Shown here one piece after another: positions 36,779-46,625 of a stretch of DNA of 64,000 nt. Numbering within the stretch: the first letter of the stretch is position 1; every line of letters starts with the position of its first letter. The DNA lies in contig JAFECE010000010.1 of NCBI GenBank assembly GCA_018242295.1, positions 3,724-67,723 on the forward strand, read 5' to 3'. The position numbers and the translations under genes were made by a program. The notes beneath the pieces were generated by a model, which saw nothing but the letters and a program-made list of their open reading frames with translations, had not been told where the DNA came from and did not search any database. This DNA is from Pseudomonadota bacterium. Lineage in GTDB: Bacteria > Pseudomonadota > Alphaproteobacteria > Rhizobiales > Hyphomicrobiaceae.

Positions 36779-37483
36779 TTAGAAATCGAGATCGGAATAG
36801 GCAAGGGGCGGCGCGGTTCCGGGCACCCGGTCGCCGAGCAGGGCGCGGAAAGACGGCCGCGACTTCATCCGTTGATACCAGATTTTGACCGCGGGGTAGT
36901 CGCTCCACGGGATCTCGCCAAGGTAGTCTGCCGTCGAAATCTGGGCGGCTGCGGCGAAATCCGCAAAACTCAGCTCATCGCCGCCGATCCAGCGCCGATT
37001 GTCGGCGAGATACCCCGTGTAAGACAAATGGTATTTGAGGTTGGCGCGGACGGCACGCAGAACGCCAGGATCGGGAGCGACGGGGCCCGACGGCCGCATC
37101 GAGCTATAGACCTTCTCGATCAGCAGCTCGCGCGTAACTTCGCGGTCGAATTTGCCATGGTACCAGTCGATCAGGCGGCGGACTTCTGCACGATCCTCGC
37201 GATTGCCCGGGATGAGCGGGGGAGGTCCCGGCGTCGCCATCGTCGCGACGGGGAGCACTTCTTCAGCGATGAATTCCGAGATCGAATACGCACCGCAGAG
37301 GATCAGGCCGTTGTCGAATTCGAGAACCGGCATCTCGCCCGCTGGGTTCTTCGCAAGAAAGCTCTGGCGCCATTCCCATGGGTTTTCGTCGACGAGCTGA
37401 ACTTCAACGCCGTATTCGGCAAGCGCCAATCGAATGGACCGTGAACGCGGACAGAGGCGATACTGCGTAAGTCGCGGAGGCAT
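36779..37483 (-). CDS. glutathione S-transferase family protein
   Basis: The N-terminus is thioredoxin-like (YRLCPRSRSIRLALAEYGVEVQLVDENPWE...NPAGEMPVLEF). The C-terminal domain is helical. The stop lies 9 nt upstream of the queG start. Confidence 0.8.
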   Translation of the reverse strand: MPPRLTQYRLCPRSRSIRLALAEYGVEVQLVDENPWEWRQSFLAKNPAGEMPVLEFDNGLILCGAYSISEFIAEEVLPVATMATPGPPPLIPGNREDRAEVRRLIDWYHGKFDREVTRELLIEKVYSSMRPSGPVAPDPGVLRAVRANLKYHLSYTGYLADNRRWIGGDELSFADFAAAAQISTADYLGEIPWSDYPAVKIWYQRMKSRPSFRALLGDRVPGTAPPLAYSDLDF

Positions 37484-37619
37484 GTGATTCCTATTCTGTT
37501 GGTCGCGCCATTATACACCCGCTGTCGTCGATTCGATGGCAACTCGGCTAAACGACCTCTTTGGAATTGCCGCAATTTCTGGTAACGCTCGCCCGCGTTC
37601 GGAGCGCGAAGGAGCACTG

Positions 37620-38417
37620 ATGGAAACGTGGCAAGTCATACTGCTCGGGCTGATCGAAGGCCTGACGGAATATTTACCTGTTTCCTCGACGGCGCACCTT
37701 CTCCTCACAGAGCAGGTCATGGGCGTGACGTCCTCGGGGCGCACGTTTGAAGTGTTGATCCAGCTCGGCGCGATCCTTGCCCTTCTGACCGTCTACGCGG
37801 GCAAGCTTTGGCACATCGCTCTCGATTTCCCGAGCAACGCCAGAACGCGGCGTTTCGTTTTTGCGGTCTTGATTGCCTTCCTGCCGGCCGTTTTTATCGG
37901 CGTCTTGGCACATAAGATCATCAAGGAAGTGCTCTTCGAATCGCCGTTGATCGTGTGCACGGCGCTGGTCGTCGGCGGCATCATTCTGCTTGTCGTCGAT
38001 CGGATTAAGTACAAGCCGCGCTACACGGACGTTATGGACATTCCTCCCTTGACGGCGCTCGTCATCGGCTTCGCCCAGTGTCTCGCAATGATCCCCGGCG
38101 TTTCGCGGTCGGGTTCGACGATTGTCTCGGCCGTGCTGCTTGGCGCCGATAAACGCACCGCGGCAGAGTTTTCGTTCTTTCTCGCCATGCCGACGATGAC
38201 GGGAGCGTTCGCCTACGATCTCTATAAAAACTGGTCGATTCTGACGCCCGACGATGTGAGCCACATCGTGCTCGGCTTCGTCGCGGCGTTCGTGACGGGT
38301 GCCATCGTGGTTCGCTATATGCTCGATTTCATCTCGCAGCGCGGACTATCGTACTTCGGCTGGTGGCGCCTGCTTGTCGGCGGCATCGGACTGGGCGTGA
38401 TCGCGGTCCTGCACTGA
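37620..38417 (+). CDS. uppP: undecaprenyl-diphosphate phosphatase
   Basis: The ATG at 37620, preceded by GGAG, gives [29 protein letters not shown]. The second motif [10 protein letters not shown] is also present. Confidence 0.92.
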   Translation: METWQVILLGLIEGLTEYLPVSSTAHLLLTEQVMGVTSSGRTFEVLIQLGAILALLTVYAGKLWHIALDFPSNARTRRFVFAVLIAFLPAVFIGVLAHKIIKEVLFESPLIVCTALVVGGIILLVVDRIKYKPRYTDVMDIPPLTALVIGFAQCLAMIPGVSRSGSTIVSAVLLGADKRTAAEFSFFLAMPTMTGAFAYDLYKNWSILTPDDVSHIVLGFVAAFVTGAIVVRYMLDFISQRGLSYFGWWRLLVGGIGLGVIAVLH

Positions 38418-38444
38418 GGCGAGACATTTTTTGATCACGCTTGA

Positions 38445-38465
38445 CGGCTCGTGTTCTGCGAGCCG
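38445..38465. repeat. second copy of 21-nt hairpin CGGCTCG-TGTTCTG-CGAGCCG
   Basis: Identical in stem and loop to 21086-21106. It lies between the convergent uppP and ptsN genes. Confidence 0.75.
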
Positions 38466-38484
38466 CGTGTGTCTTAAGAGCCGG

Positions 38485-38949
38485 TCAGGCTGCGTGCGAC
38501 GTGAGGGGCTTCGTGAGAACGCTCCGGAGGCTCTCGACGTCTTTGGCGGTGCGCAAGCCCTCGAGGGTCGCGGGGTCACGGACGAGCCGGGAAATGCGAG
38601 CCAGAGCCTTCAAATGGTCGGCTCCCGCGTGTTCTGGCGCCAGCAGAAAGAACAGTAGATCGACGGGTTCGCCGTCGTGGCTTTCGAAGGCAATGGGACG
38701 CGCGAGGCGCGCGAAGAAGCACGTGATCTTCTTCACGCCAGGAAGTTTGACGTGCGGGATCGCAATCCCACGGCCAAGGCTCGTAGAGCTGAGACGCTCC
38801 CTCTGCACCAGTGCTGCGTAGATGTCGCCGGCGGCAACGCCCGTCAGGCTCTCGGCCTTCTCAGCCAAGTCACGCAGCGCCTGCTTTTTGTCCTCAGCCT
38901 CGAAACGCGGAATAATCGCGTCAGGGGCGAGTATGTCTTCGATATTCAT
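38485..38949 (-). CDS. ptsN: PTS IIA-like nitrogen regulatory protein (EIIA-Ntr)
   Basis: 154 aa with GRGIAIPHVKLPGV (phosphorylatable His), located in the rpoN-hpf-ptsN context. Confidence 0.87.
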   Translation of the reverse strand: MNIEDILAPDAIIPRFEAEDKKQALRDLAEKAESLTGVAAGDIYAALVQRERLSSTSLGRGIAIPHVKLPGVKKITCFFARLARPIAFESHDGEPVDLLFFLLAPEHAGADHLKALARISRLVRDPATLEGLRTAKDVESLRSVLTKPLTSHAA

Positions 38950-39047
38950 TCAGGCTCCATCCACGATGATATGGCCGCCAATGTGGCTACCGGGCCAGCT
39001 TCCTGGACGGTCGCCACATTGCATTGATCGAATTAAATAAACTGCCC

Positions 39048-39668
39048 TCAATCCGCATGTTCCGGCGCGGAGGCGCCATTCGCCTTCGCTGCCGTAGGCA
39101 GATCGGCGTCGATCCACCCAATGTGCCCGTCGTTTCGCCGGTAAACCACGTTCAGCCCACCATGCGCAGCGTTCCTGAAAATCATGAAGGACGCTTCCGA
39201 CAGGTCGAGTTTCAGTACAGCTTCACTAACCGTCATATGGCCGATGTTCCGCTGGCCCTCGGCAATAATAAGCGGATTCGCCTCGTCCTGCTCGGGCTCG
39301 TCGTCGTCGCCTAGGCTCACGATATAATCGCGTGCTTCGATGTCGACCTTGCGACGTGCAGCTGCAGCCGGCGAGGTGTGATGCTTAATGCGGCTCCTAT
39401 AGCGCTTCACGCGCGTCTCCAGCCGGTGTGCGGCGGAATCGACGGAGCTGTACGCGTCGCCACCTTCGCCGTGGGCCTCGAGCAGAAGACCGCCTGCAAC
39501 ATGGACCGTGCAGGACGTCTTAAACACCTCGCGCTCGCGTTCGAGCCGGATGTGGCCGTTCACTTCGCGCGGAAGAAACTTTTGGAGGATGCCCCGGATC
39601 TTGTCGCCGGCGTAGCTTTGGAAAGCGTCGCCGACTTCGATGTTTTTACCAGTGATTTGAATGGTCAT
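39048..39668 (-). CDS. hpf: ribosome hibernation promoting factor (long form)
   Basis: The ATG at 39668 gives MTIQITGKNIEVGDAFQSYAGDKI. The C-terminal dimerisation domain (MTVSEAVLKLDLSEASFMIFRNAAHGGLNVVYRRNDGHIGWID) is present. Confidence 0.87.
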   Translation of the reverse strand: MTIQITGKNIEVGDAFQSYAGDKIRGILQKFLPREVNGHIRLEREREVFKTSCTVHVAGGLLLEAHGEGGDAYSSVDSAAHRLETRVKRYRSRIKHHTSPAAAARRKVDIEARDYIVSLGDDDEPEQDEANPLIIAEGQRNIGHMTVSEAVLKLDLSEASFMIFRNAAHGGLNVVYRRNDGHIGWIDADLPTAAKANGASAPEHAD

Positions 39669-39896
39669 GAAAATGCCTGTTCTGCACTTACCGAGGCTGC
39701 GTTTGCCGTTGTCGAGCGCAATGTGCTCATAGGCTCCGAGCTGCCTTTTTTGAAGCCTTGGGAACGTGTGACCGACACTCAACCCAGCCTCTCACAGTAT
39801 AATCGTTAGGCCCCCCCATGTGCCCTGTCAAATCACGCTTTCGGCTAAGAATGTAACTGAAAGTCTCTTTTTTCTCAGCGGGTTATGTTCTGAGAA

Positions 39897-41432
39897 TCAT
39901 GCAAAGTCGCCGAGACGTTCAACCAGTTTCTTGTCGCGTCGGCGTTGTACCGAAGAGGGTATGCGCATCGCCTCTCGATACTTTGCGACCGTGCGGCGGG
40001 CAATCTCGATGCCTTCGCTTTTCAGGCGGTCCACGAGCTGATCGTCGGACAAAACATCGCCGGCGCTTTCCGCGTCGATCAGCTGCTTGATCCGATGGCG
40101 GACAGCTTCCGAGGAGTGCGCTTCCCCATCGGCGGCAGAGGCGATCGCGGAGGTGAAGAAATACTTAAGCTCGAATATTCCCCTTGGCGTCGCGATGTAC
40201 TTGTTCGAGGTGACGCGCGACACAGTCGACTCGTGCATCGAGATCGCGTCGGCAATTACTTTGAGATTGAGCGGACGCAGATACTGCACGCCGTACATGA
40301 AGAAGCTGTCCTGCTGGCGCACGATCTGTTCGGCGACCTTCAGGATCGTGCGCGCTCGCTGATCTAAACTCTTAACGAGCCAATTGGCCGTCTGCAGGCA
40401 ATCGAAGATGTAGCCCTTGTCGCGCTCGTTGGCCGCGGACTTGGCGATGCGCGTGTAGTAGGTGCGATTGACCAGAACGCGTGGCAGAGTGTCGCTATTC
40501 AGCTCGACGTGCCATCCACCGTCCGAGGCGGCGCGGACGATAACGTCCGGCACCACCGGCTGAAGCTGAACGGAGCCAAACTTCAGGCCCGGCTTGGGAT
40601 TGAGCCGTTTGATCTCGCGGATCATATCGGCAAGCTCGTCCATATCGATGCCGATTGCCCGCTTCAGCGCCGGAATGTTGCGGCTGGCGAGCAGGTCCAG
40701 GTGCGCCAAAAGCTGTGCCATCAGGGGATCGTAGCGATTTTGCTCCTTGAGCTGGAGCGCGAGGCATTCGGCCAGCGACCGGGCAAAGATACCAGGCGGA
40801 TCGAAGGTCTGAAGCTTGCCGAGCACGCTTTCGACCAATTCGAGCGGCGCACCGAGACGCTGAGCGAGCGTTTCAAGGTTCGCGGGGATATAGCCGGCCT
40901 CGTCGACGAGATCGATCAAGTACTGGCCAATCAGCCGCTCAACGGGGTCGCTAACGGTCAGCGGCAGCTGACTGCTCAAGTGGTCCCGGAGTGAAATCTG
41001 ATTGGCGACGAAATCCTCGAGGTCGTTGTCGCCGTCGCCGCCATTGTGCATGCGCTGGGAGACGTTGGCCCAGCTCAATCCTGATGTTGCAGCCGAGGTC
41101 GCGCCGGAGCCGGGCTCGCCCGTTCCCGGCTCCTGGAAGACGTTGCCAAAGTCGACATCAAGGCCGCCGGTATGGTCGTTGACGGGCTCGCGCAGATCGA
41201 GCCAGCGGTCGTCGGCGGCGCTTTCCTCTGCTCGTTCAACGATCGGCTCGTCGGCAGTCTTAGCGTTCGCATTGTCGTCGCGCTCGAGGAGCGGGTTGCG
41301 TTCGAGCTCGGAGTCGACGAATTCGGTGAGTTCGAGATTGGAGAGCTGCAGGAGACGGATCGCCTGCTGCAGCTGTGGCGTCATTACCAGCTGCTGGCCT
41401 TGTCTCAGCTCTAATTTTGCTGAAAGCGCCAT
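39897..41432 (-). CDS. rpoN: RNA polymerase sigma-54 factor
   Basis: The N-terminus is LELRQGQQLVMTPQLQQAIRLLQLSNLEL. The C-terminal RpoN box is ARRTVAKYREAMRIPSS. Confidence 0.96.
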   Translation of the reverse strand: MALSAKLELRQGQQLVMTPQLQQAIRLLQLSNLELTEFVDSELERNPLLERDDNANAKTADEPIVERAEESAADDRWLDLREPVNDHTGGLDVDFGNVFQEPGTGEPGSGATSAATSGLSWANVSQRMHNGGDGDNDLEDFVANQISLRDHLSSQLPLTVSDPVERLIGQYLIDLVDEAGYIPANLETLAQRLGAPLELVESVLGKLQTFDPPGIFARSLAECLALQLKEQNRYDPLMAQLLAHLDLLASRNIPALKRAIGIDMDELADMIREIKRLNPKPGLKFGSVQLQPVVPDVIVRAASDGGWHVELNSDTLPRVLVNRTYYTRIAKSAANERDKGYIFDCLQTANWLVKSLDQRARTILKVAEQIVRQQDSFFMYGVQYLRPLNLKVIADAISMHESTVSRVTSNKYIATPRGIFELKYFFTSAIASAADGEAHSSEAVRHRIKQLIDAESAGDVLSDDQLVDRLKSEGIEIARRTVAKYREAMRIPSSVQRRRDKKLVERLGDFA

Positions 41433-41478
41433 GCGCTAACCCGCTGCTCCGTTTCCGTAAATTCGGAGCGACATATAC

Positions 41479-42339
41479 TCAACGCGCGTTAACGAACATA
41501 TCGCCAAGGTAGACTCGCCGCACATCTTCATTCGATATGATTTCAGAAGGCTTGCCCTGTGTCAGAACTTGACCATCATAAATAATATATGCGCGATCGA
41601 TCAGGCTTAATGTTTCGCGAACGTTATGGTCTGTGATCAACACACCAATACCGCGTTCGGTCAAGTGGCGAACCAACTGCTGGATGTCTCCGACGGCTAT
41701 GGGGTCGATGCCGGCGAACGGTTCGTCCAGCAACATGAACGAAGGACGCGAGGCCAGCGCGCGGGCGATTTCGCAGCGACGACGTTCACCGCCCGAAAGC
41801 GCCATCGCTGCCGATTTTCTGAGCCGTGTGATGGAAAATTCCTCGAGCAAGCTGTCCAGTTGCTCTTTGCGCGCCTTACGGTCCGGCTCGATCAATTCGA
41901 GGACGGCCATGATGTTTTGCTCGACCGTCAAGCCGCGGAAGATCGAGGCCTCCTGAGGAAGATATCCGACGCCGAGGCGGGCGCGCTGATACATCGGCAG
42001 CTTGGTGACGTCCTCGCCGTCGATCGTGATGCGACCCTCGTCGGCGGCGACGAGGCCAGTGATCATGTAGAAAACAGTCGTCTTACCGGCACCGTTCGGA
42101 CCCAGAAGGCCAACGGATTCGCCCCGGCCGACCGCCAGGTTCACGCCCTTGACGACCATCCGCTTGCGGTATGACTTCTTGACGTCGAACGCCGTGAGCC
42201 AGCCATCGGCGCCGATGGCGTGCGGGTCGTCGGAGGAAGGTGCCTGGAGTGCGCTCACGCCGTTGGTGTGCCCGCTCGCGCCATTGGCGCCTGCACCATT
42301 CGACTTCGATCTGAGGCGAATTGGTAAAGCCTTAAACAC
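41479..42339 (-). CDS. lptB: LPS export ABC transporter ATP-binding protein
   Basis: Walker A GPNGAGKTT, signature LSGGERRRCEIARAL, Walker B MLLDEP. There is a roughly 45-aa low-complexity N-terminal extension, so the start is uncertain. Confidence 0.9.
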   Translation of the reverse strand: MFKALPIRLRSKSNGAGANGASGHTNGVSALQAPSSDDPHAIGADGWLTAFDVKKSYRKRMVVKGVNLAVGRGESVGLLGPNGAGKTTVFYMITGLVAADEGRITIDGEDVTKLPMYQRARLGVGYLPQEASIFRGLTVEQNIMAVLELIEPDRKARKEQLDSLLEEFSITRLRKSAAMALSGGERRRCEIARALASRPSFMLLDEPFAGIDPIAVGDIQQLVRHLTERGIGVLITDHNVRETLSLIDRAYIIYDGQVLTQGKPSEIISNEDVRRVYLGDMFVNAR

Positions 42340-42405
42340 CCGATACCTCGCAGCCCTTCGTGCCCTATTGCCGCCGCTTCAAATGCCGCTATGCCGTTCG
42401 CAAGG

Positions 42406-44352
42406 TCAAGGCGACGTACGGACCTGCCAGCTATCTGCCTGGATCTTCGATTTCTTCAACTGACCGGGATAAAAGACAGCGCTCGGACGTTCGGCCTTGA
42501 AGACCTCGCCATTGCCGCCGCTCTCGCGGCTCGTCATCACCGTTCCGCTCGTTGCCGTCGGCTCGGTCTTGATCGTGGCCTCGCCAGTGTTCATGTCGAT
42601 CACCAGTCTTGTTCCGTTCACGATATTCTTGCCCTGGGTCAGCACGACGGCGCCGCCGAGCGTCGTCAGGTTTTTCTTGACGTCGACCTCAGCCCAATCG
42701 CCGGTAGCCGTCTGCCCATCCTTGGCGGTCACGACGACTTTCTTGCGGGCGGTCAGGTGCGTCAACGACGCGGGCGTGCCGGCAGCCGCTGCAGCGCCAT
42801 CGGAAGACCCGATCCCGGCATTGCCGGTGTAGAACGCGGTCAGCTCCTGCGATCGCATCGAGATGTTGCCCTGCACGGCCGAGACGTTGCCTGTGAACAA
42901 GGCGGTCTTTGCCACGTCATCGACGTCGAGTTTTTCGGCAACGACGTCATAGGGCGAATTCGGATCGGTTTTGAAAGCCGCACCGAACGAGATACCGCCA
43001 CCGCTATCCTGATCGTCGTCGGCCGGTTGGGAACCCGCCTTCGCCGACGGCCGCATGAAATGCGCCGTGATCCGTCCCGCACCTATTCCGGTACTCGGAT
43101 CCGCCGGCGACGTCAGCTGCATCTTGCTCGTCGTGCGGTGATAGGTCAGGCGGCGCCCGCGGAGCACGTTCGGTCCCTGCGTTACGACGACGGTACCGGT
43201 TAAAACCATCGTCTGCGCCGTCTGATCGTAATCGACACGATCGCCCACGGCTTTCTTGTCGTCGCCTTGAGTGAGCACGACATCGCCTTCGAGAACGGCG
43301 GTGTTCGAAATCGTATCGAACAGGGCCGTGTGGCTGGTCGCGGTCTGGCCGTTCGGCTGCTCGAGTACGACGGTTTCTGTCGCGAGAATTTGCTTGACCT
43401 TCGTGCCCTGGCCGCCGGCGTCCTGCGGAACGGACTTCGTGGCATTGCCGCCTTCGGGAGCGACCGAGCCTTCATAAGTGACGGTCATCTCGGGTGCGGT
43501 CATGGTGGCCCCTGCCTGGGTCGCGACGACTTTGCCCGTATAGAATGCGGTTTTCTTGACGTCGTCGATGTCGAGCCGATTGGCTTCGACATCGACAGGC
43601 TCTCCGGGCTTTCCGAAGGGAAGCGCTTGATCAGCCGATTGATCGCCGGCGGCGGACGGAGCTTCCTTCGGCTTCATATGTGTCCGCACGTTATCGACGA
43701 ACGTATATTCTTTCGCCTTTTGACGGATGGTCAGTTGGTTGGACGTGATTTGTCCCGCGCCCATCAATATCGTCGATGGCTGATCGGACGTGATGATGTT
43801 TTCCTTCGTCCTGATCGTCGCACGCGTCAGCTTCGCGGTCAGTCCTCCGTCGCCCGTCACGTCGATTGAGTCGTAAAGCTCCAGGACGTTTGTATTGTTG
43901 TCGAAGAGTCCGCGGGCCGCGACGAGGTTCGTCTTCTGCTTTTTGGCATCCGTCAGCTCGCCGGTGATGCCTTGCAGATGAATGGCTGTGAGTGACTTCA
44001 AATCCTGTTGCGCGGTTTCGGCCTTCACCCAATAGCGGCCGCCGTCGGCGTTGAAGCCTTCGTAATGCGGATTGTGCATCTTGAGATTGTCGGCAACGAT
44101 CTGCGGAACTTCCATCGGCGGGAGCGACGGTCCGATTCCGGCGTTGCCGAGAATGTTCATGGTTGAAATCGCGACCGTCGCGACGGCGGCGAGCGGCAGC
44201 GCGATTTTCAGAATCCGGACGCGCTGGGAATGGCGATGGGCGGCCATCCGGCTTTGCGTGCGATCGCCGGCAATAACGATGCTGTTGCCCGTGGCGCGCG
44301 CAGGGCTACCCGCGACAGCCGTATTACTCGATGTGACAACCGCAGTGGCCAT
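42406..44352 (-). CDS. fused LptC-like / 2x LptA(OstA)-like periplasmic LPS transport protein
   Basis: Single uninterrupted 648-aa ORF. It has a TM anchor (aa ~45-66), an LptC-like region (aa ~85-226) and two tandem OstA-like modules. Their N-terminal segments align to each other: VDVEANRLDIDDVKKTAFYTGKVVATQAG (aa 253-281) with DVVAEKLDVDDVAKTALFTGNVSAVQGN (aa 469-496). Further in, both carry GQTAT...VVLTQG motifs. It occupies the lptC-lptA position upstream of lptB. Confidence 0.75.
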   Translation of the reverse strand: MATAVVTSSNTAVAGSPARATGNSIVIAGDRTQSRMAAHRHSQRVRILKIALPLAAVATVAISTMNILGNAGIGPSLPPMEVPQIVADNLKMHNPHYEGFNADGGRYWVKAETAQQDLKSLTAIHLQGITGELTDAKKQKTNLVAARGLFDNNTNVLELYDSIDVTGDGGLTAKLTRATIRTKENIITSDQPSTILMGAGQITSNQLTIRQKAKEYTFVDNVRTHMKPKEAPSAAGDQSADQALPFGKPGEPVDVEANRLDIDDVKKTAFYTGKVVATQAGATMTAPEMTVTYEGSVAPEGGNATKSVPQDAGGQGTKVKQILATETVVLEQPNGQTATSHTALFDTISNTAVLEGDVVLTQGDDKKAVGDRVDYDQTAQTMVLTGTVVVTQGPNVLRGRRLTYHRTTSKMQLTSPADPSTGIGAGRITAHFMRPSAKAGSQPADDDQDSGGGISFGAAFKTDPNSPYDVVAEKLDVDDVAKTALFTGNVSAVQGNISMRSQELTAFYTGNAGIGSSDGAAAAAGTPASLTHLTARKKVVVTAKDGQTATGDWAEVDVKKNLTTLGGAVVLTQGKNIVNGTRLVIDMNTGEATIKTEPTATSGTVMTSRESGGNGEVFKAERPSAVFYPGQLKKSKIQADSWQVRTSP

Positions 44353-44442
44353 TAAATTCCCCCCAAGGTCCCTAATCTCGCCGGTAATTGGGGAGACTTT
44401 GGGACCTTATGCTCCGGCTCTGGCGCTTAGCCGCGGCCGGGG

Positions 44443-45063
44443 TCAGTGCGCGAATATATCGTCTTCCTCGAACCCGGCGAGGTCGAGGCGGGCACGCGTG
44501 GGTAAGAAACCGAAGGCCTTTTCAGCCAAATCCTGCCGGCCTTCTCTCGCGAGCATCATATCGAGCTTCTTCTTAACCTCGTGAAGATGCAGAACGTCAT
44601 TCGCCGCATAGGCCTTTTGGCTATCAGAAAGCTCAGAGGCGCCCCAGTCACTGCTTTGCTGCTGCTTCGAAAGCTCTATTCCAAGCAGTTCGCCGACGAG
44701 GTCTTTCAGGCCGTGGCGGTCGGTGTAAGTGCGGGAAAGCTTCGAGGCAATCTTGGTGCAATAAATGGGTGTGGTTGCAACCCCGAGGTACTGCTCAAGC
44801 ACGGCGATATCGAAGCGGGCGAAATGAAAAATCTTGAGAACTTTCGGATCGGTCAGAAGGGCTTTGAGACGCGGCGCGTCATAGTTCTTACCGTCGAACT
44901 TCACGAGATGGGCCGTGCCGTCGCCACCTGAGAGCTGCACCAAGCACAGGCGATCGCGATGGGGGTTCAATCCGAGCGTCTCGGTGTCGATCGCAACGCC
45001 ATTCGGAAACGTCAGGCCGGCAGGTAAATCACTTTTGTGAAGCTTGATCTTGGGCGCGGTCAT
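44443..45063 (-). CDS. rnd: ribonuclease D-like 3'-5' exonuclease (short form)
   Basis: 206 aa with DEDDy motifs (IAIDTETLGL, KIFHFARFDI, YAANDVLHL). Confidence 0.8.
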   Translation of the reverse strand: MTAPKIKLHKSDLPAGLTFPNGVAIDTETLGLNPHRDRLCLVQLSGGDGTAHLVKFDGKNYDAPRLKALLTDPKVLKIFHFARFDIAVLEQYLGVATTPIYCTKIASKLSRTYTDRHGLKDLVGELLGIELSKQQQSSDWGASELSDSQKAYAANDVLHLHEVKKKLDMMLAREGRQDLAEKAFGFLPTRARLDLAGFEEDDIFAH

Positions 45064-45297
45064 TGTTTCATTTCCGTCGTCGCCGCCGCGGTCGAGACAG
45101 CTCGTCGCGATGCCACGAGTCTCGCCGAAGTTATCTTGCCGGAGGCTAAATGATTGATGTTGTTACGCTCTAAAACTCAAAGCGAGATAGGTCTGTAGCA
45201 TTCGGCCGCGGCCGAGGGCAAGAACAGGCTTCTTCGGGGGAATAACTTCGCGGAAATGCAACGTCCGGCAGCGTTTTTCGGCGTGCTAGGTGCCGCG

Positions 45298-46443
45298 CTA
45301 TCTGGTTGAGGCCGTTGAGCCCGCGCCGGCAGGGCCGCTTCCCGTATCGATCGTCGCTTCGACCGACATTCCAGGCCGAACGAGAGTGCCGAACGCCGGG
45401 TTTTGATCGAGGACGATCTTCACCGGGACCCGCTGGGCGACTTTCGTGAAATTTCCCGACGCCGCATTCGGATCGAAAGACTGCGACGCGAAAATGCCCG
45501 CAGTCCCCGGCGCCCAACTCTCGACATGGCCTGTCACCTTCAGATCTGGAAAGGCGTCGACCTTGACGCGCGCTGTTTGTCCGGTCCGCACATTCGTCAT
45601 CTGGGTTTCCTTGAAATTCGCGATGACCCAAACATTGGGAAGCGATACGACGGTGATGATCGGGGCACCTACGCCGACGAATTGCCCGGGACGGACCTGA
45701 CGCTGGCCGACGATGCCGTCCACGGGCGACAGGATGCGCGTGCTGGTCACGTTGTTCTGCGCGAGGTCCGACACGGCTTTGGCAGCGCGCAGCTGGGCTT
45801 CGAACTGCACCTCAGCGGGATCGAGGCTCGCGAGAGCGGTTTTTTGCTGATCGAGCTGGGCTTTGCTGAGAGCCAACTGAGCCGTGCTTCGTCGTGCGTT
45901 GCTGTCAGCTTGCTCGACGCGTTGCGTCGTACCGATATCACTCGATTTCAGCAGATCGTGCTGGCGCTTGGCTTCGAGGGTGTAGCGATCGAGATCGGCC
46001 TCAGCTGCGTCCACCGTGGCCCGAGCCTGGCGCAGAAGGCTTTGCTGGCCTTCTTTCCGATTGACGAGATTTTCGAGGTTTGCCTGCGCGGAGGCGACGT
46101 TCGCTTGGGCCTGAACGAGCGCGGCATTGTAATCGGTCGCGTCGATTTCGGCGATGAGATCGCCCTTCTTCACAGCCTGAAAATCAGCGACCGGCACCGA
46201 TCGGATGTAGCCTGAGACCTTGGCGGCAAGGGGTGTAACGTCGCCGGCGATGAATGCATCGTCCGTGGTTTCGAGTGTGCTCGTTGCCGGCTCACTGTGC
46301 GCGACGCGCGTCCAGCTATCATCGGTTTTGGTGAAGTGCCATGCCAGGATTCCTGCCGATGCGATGGCGGCAATTGCGAGCATCCTCGGAGCCAATGCGC
46401 GCGCGCGGCGCGGAGAACGAGGGGAGGGCGAGCCATCGGTCAT
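45298..46443 (-). CDS. HlyD/EmrA-family membrane fusion protein (no adjacent transporter)
   Basis: N-terminal TM, a coiled-coil hairpin and the conserved ILSPVDGIVGQRQVRPGQFV and NFTKVAQRVPVKIVLD motifs. It is a paralogue of 47388..48614. Confidence 0.82.
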   Translation of the reverse strand: MTDGSPSPRSPRRARALAPRMLAIAAIASAGILAWHFTKTDDSWTRVAHSEPATSTLETTDDAFIAGDVTPLAAKVSGYIRSVPVADFQAVKKGDLIAEIDATDYNAALVQAQANVASAQANLENLVNRKEGQQSLLRQARATVDAAEADLDRYTLEAKRQHDLLKSSDIGTTQRVEQADSNARRSTAQLALSKAQLDQQKTALASLDPAEVQFEAQLRAAKAVSDLAQNNVTSTRILSPVDGIVGQRQVRPGQFVGVGAPIITVVSLPNVWVIANFKETQMTNVRTGQTARVKVDAFPDLKVTGHVESWAPGTAGIFASQSFDPNAASGNFTKVAQRVPVKIVLDQNPAFGTLVRPGMSVEATIDTGSGPAGAGSTASTR

Positions 46444-46625
46444 AACTTTTTCCTGGCTTCGCGGAAGAAAGCCTCACGGCCGCTAAACTCGTCGGCTTCA
46501 AACGCGGCGGTCGGGCCGGCTCCGTTGCAAACAATCGCCGCGCCGTGCGGGACGATCTCATCGGGAACGATAGGTTGTTACTTTCGGCGCGCTCGGAAGT
46601 TCCTCTCGCGGCTTATTCTCGCGTT

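Noticed and set aside
36194-37444. 416-aa plus-strand ORF spanning queG and the GST gene
   Set aside because: It is an antisense shadow ORF crossing a gene boundary, with no motifs. The opposite-strand genes have clear Fe-S and GST signatures.
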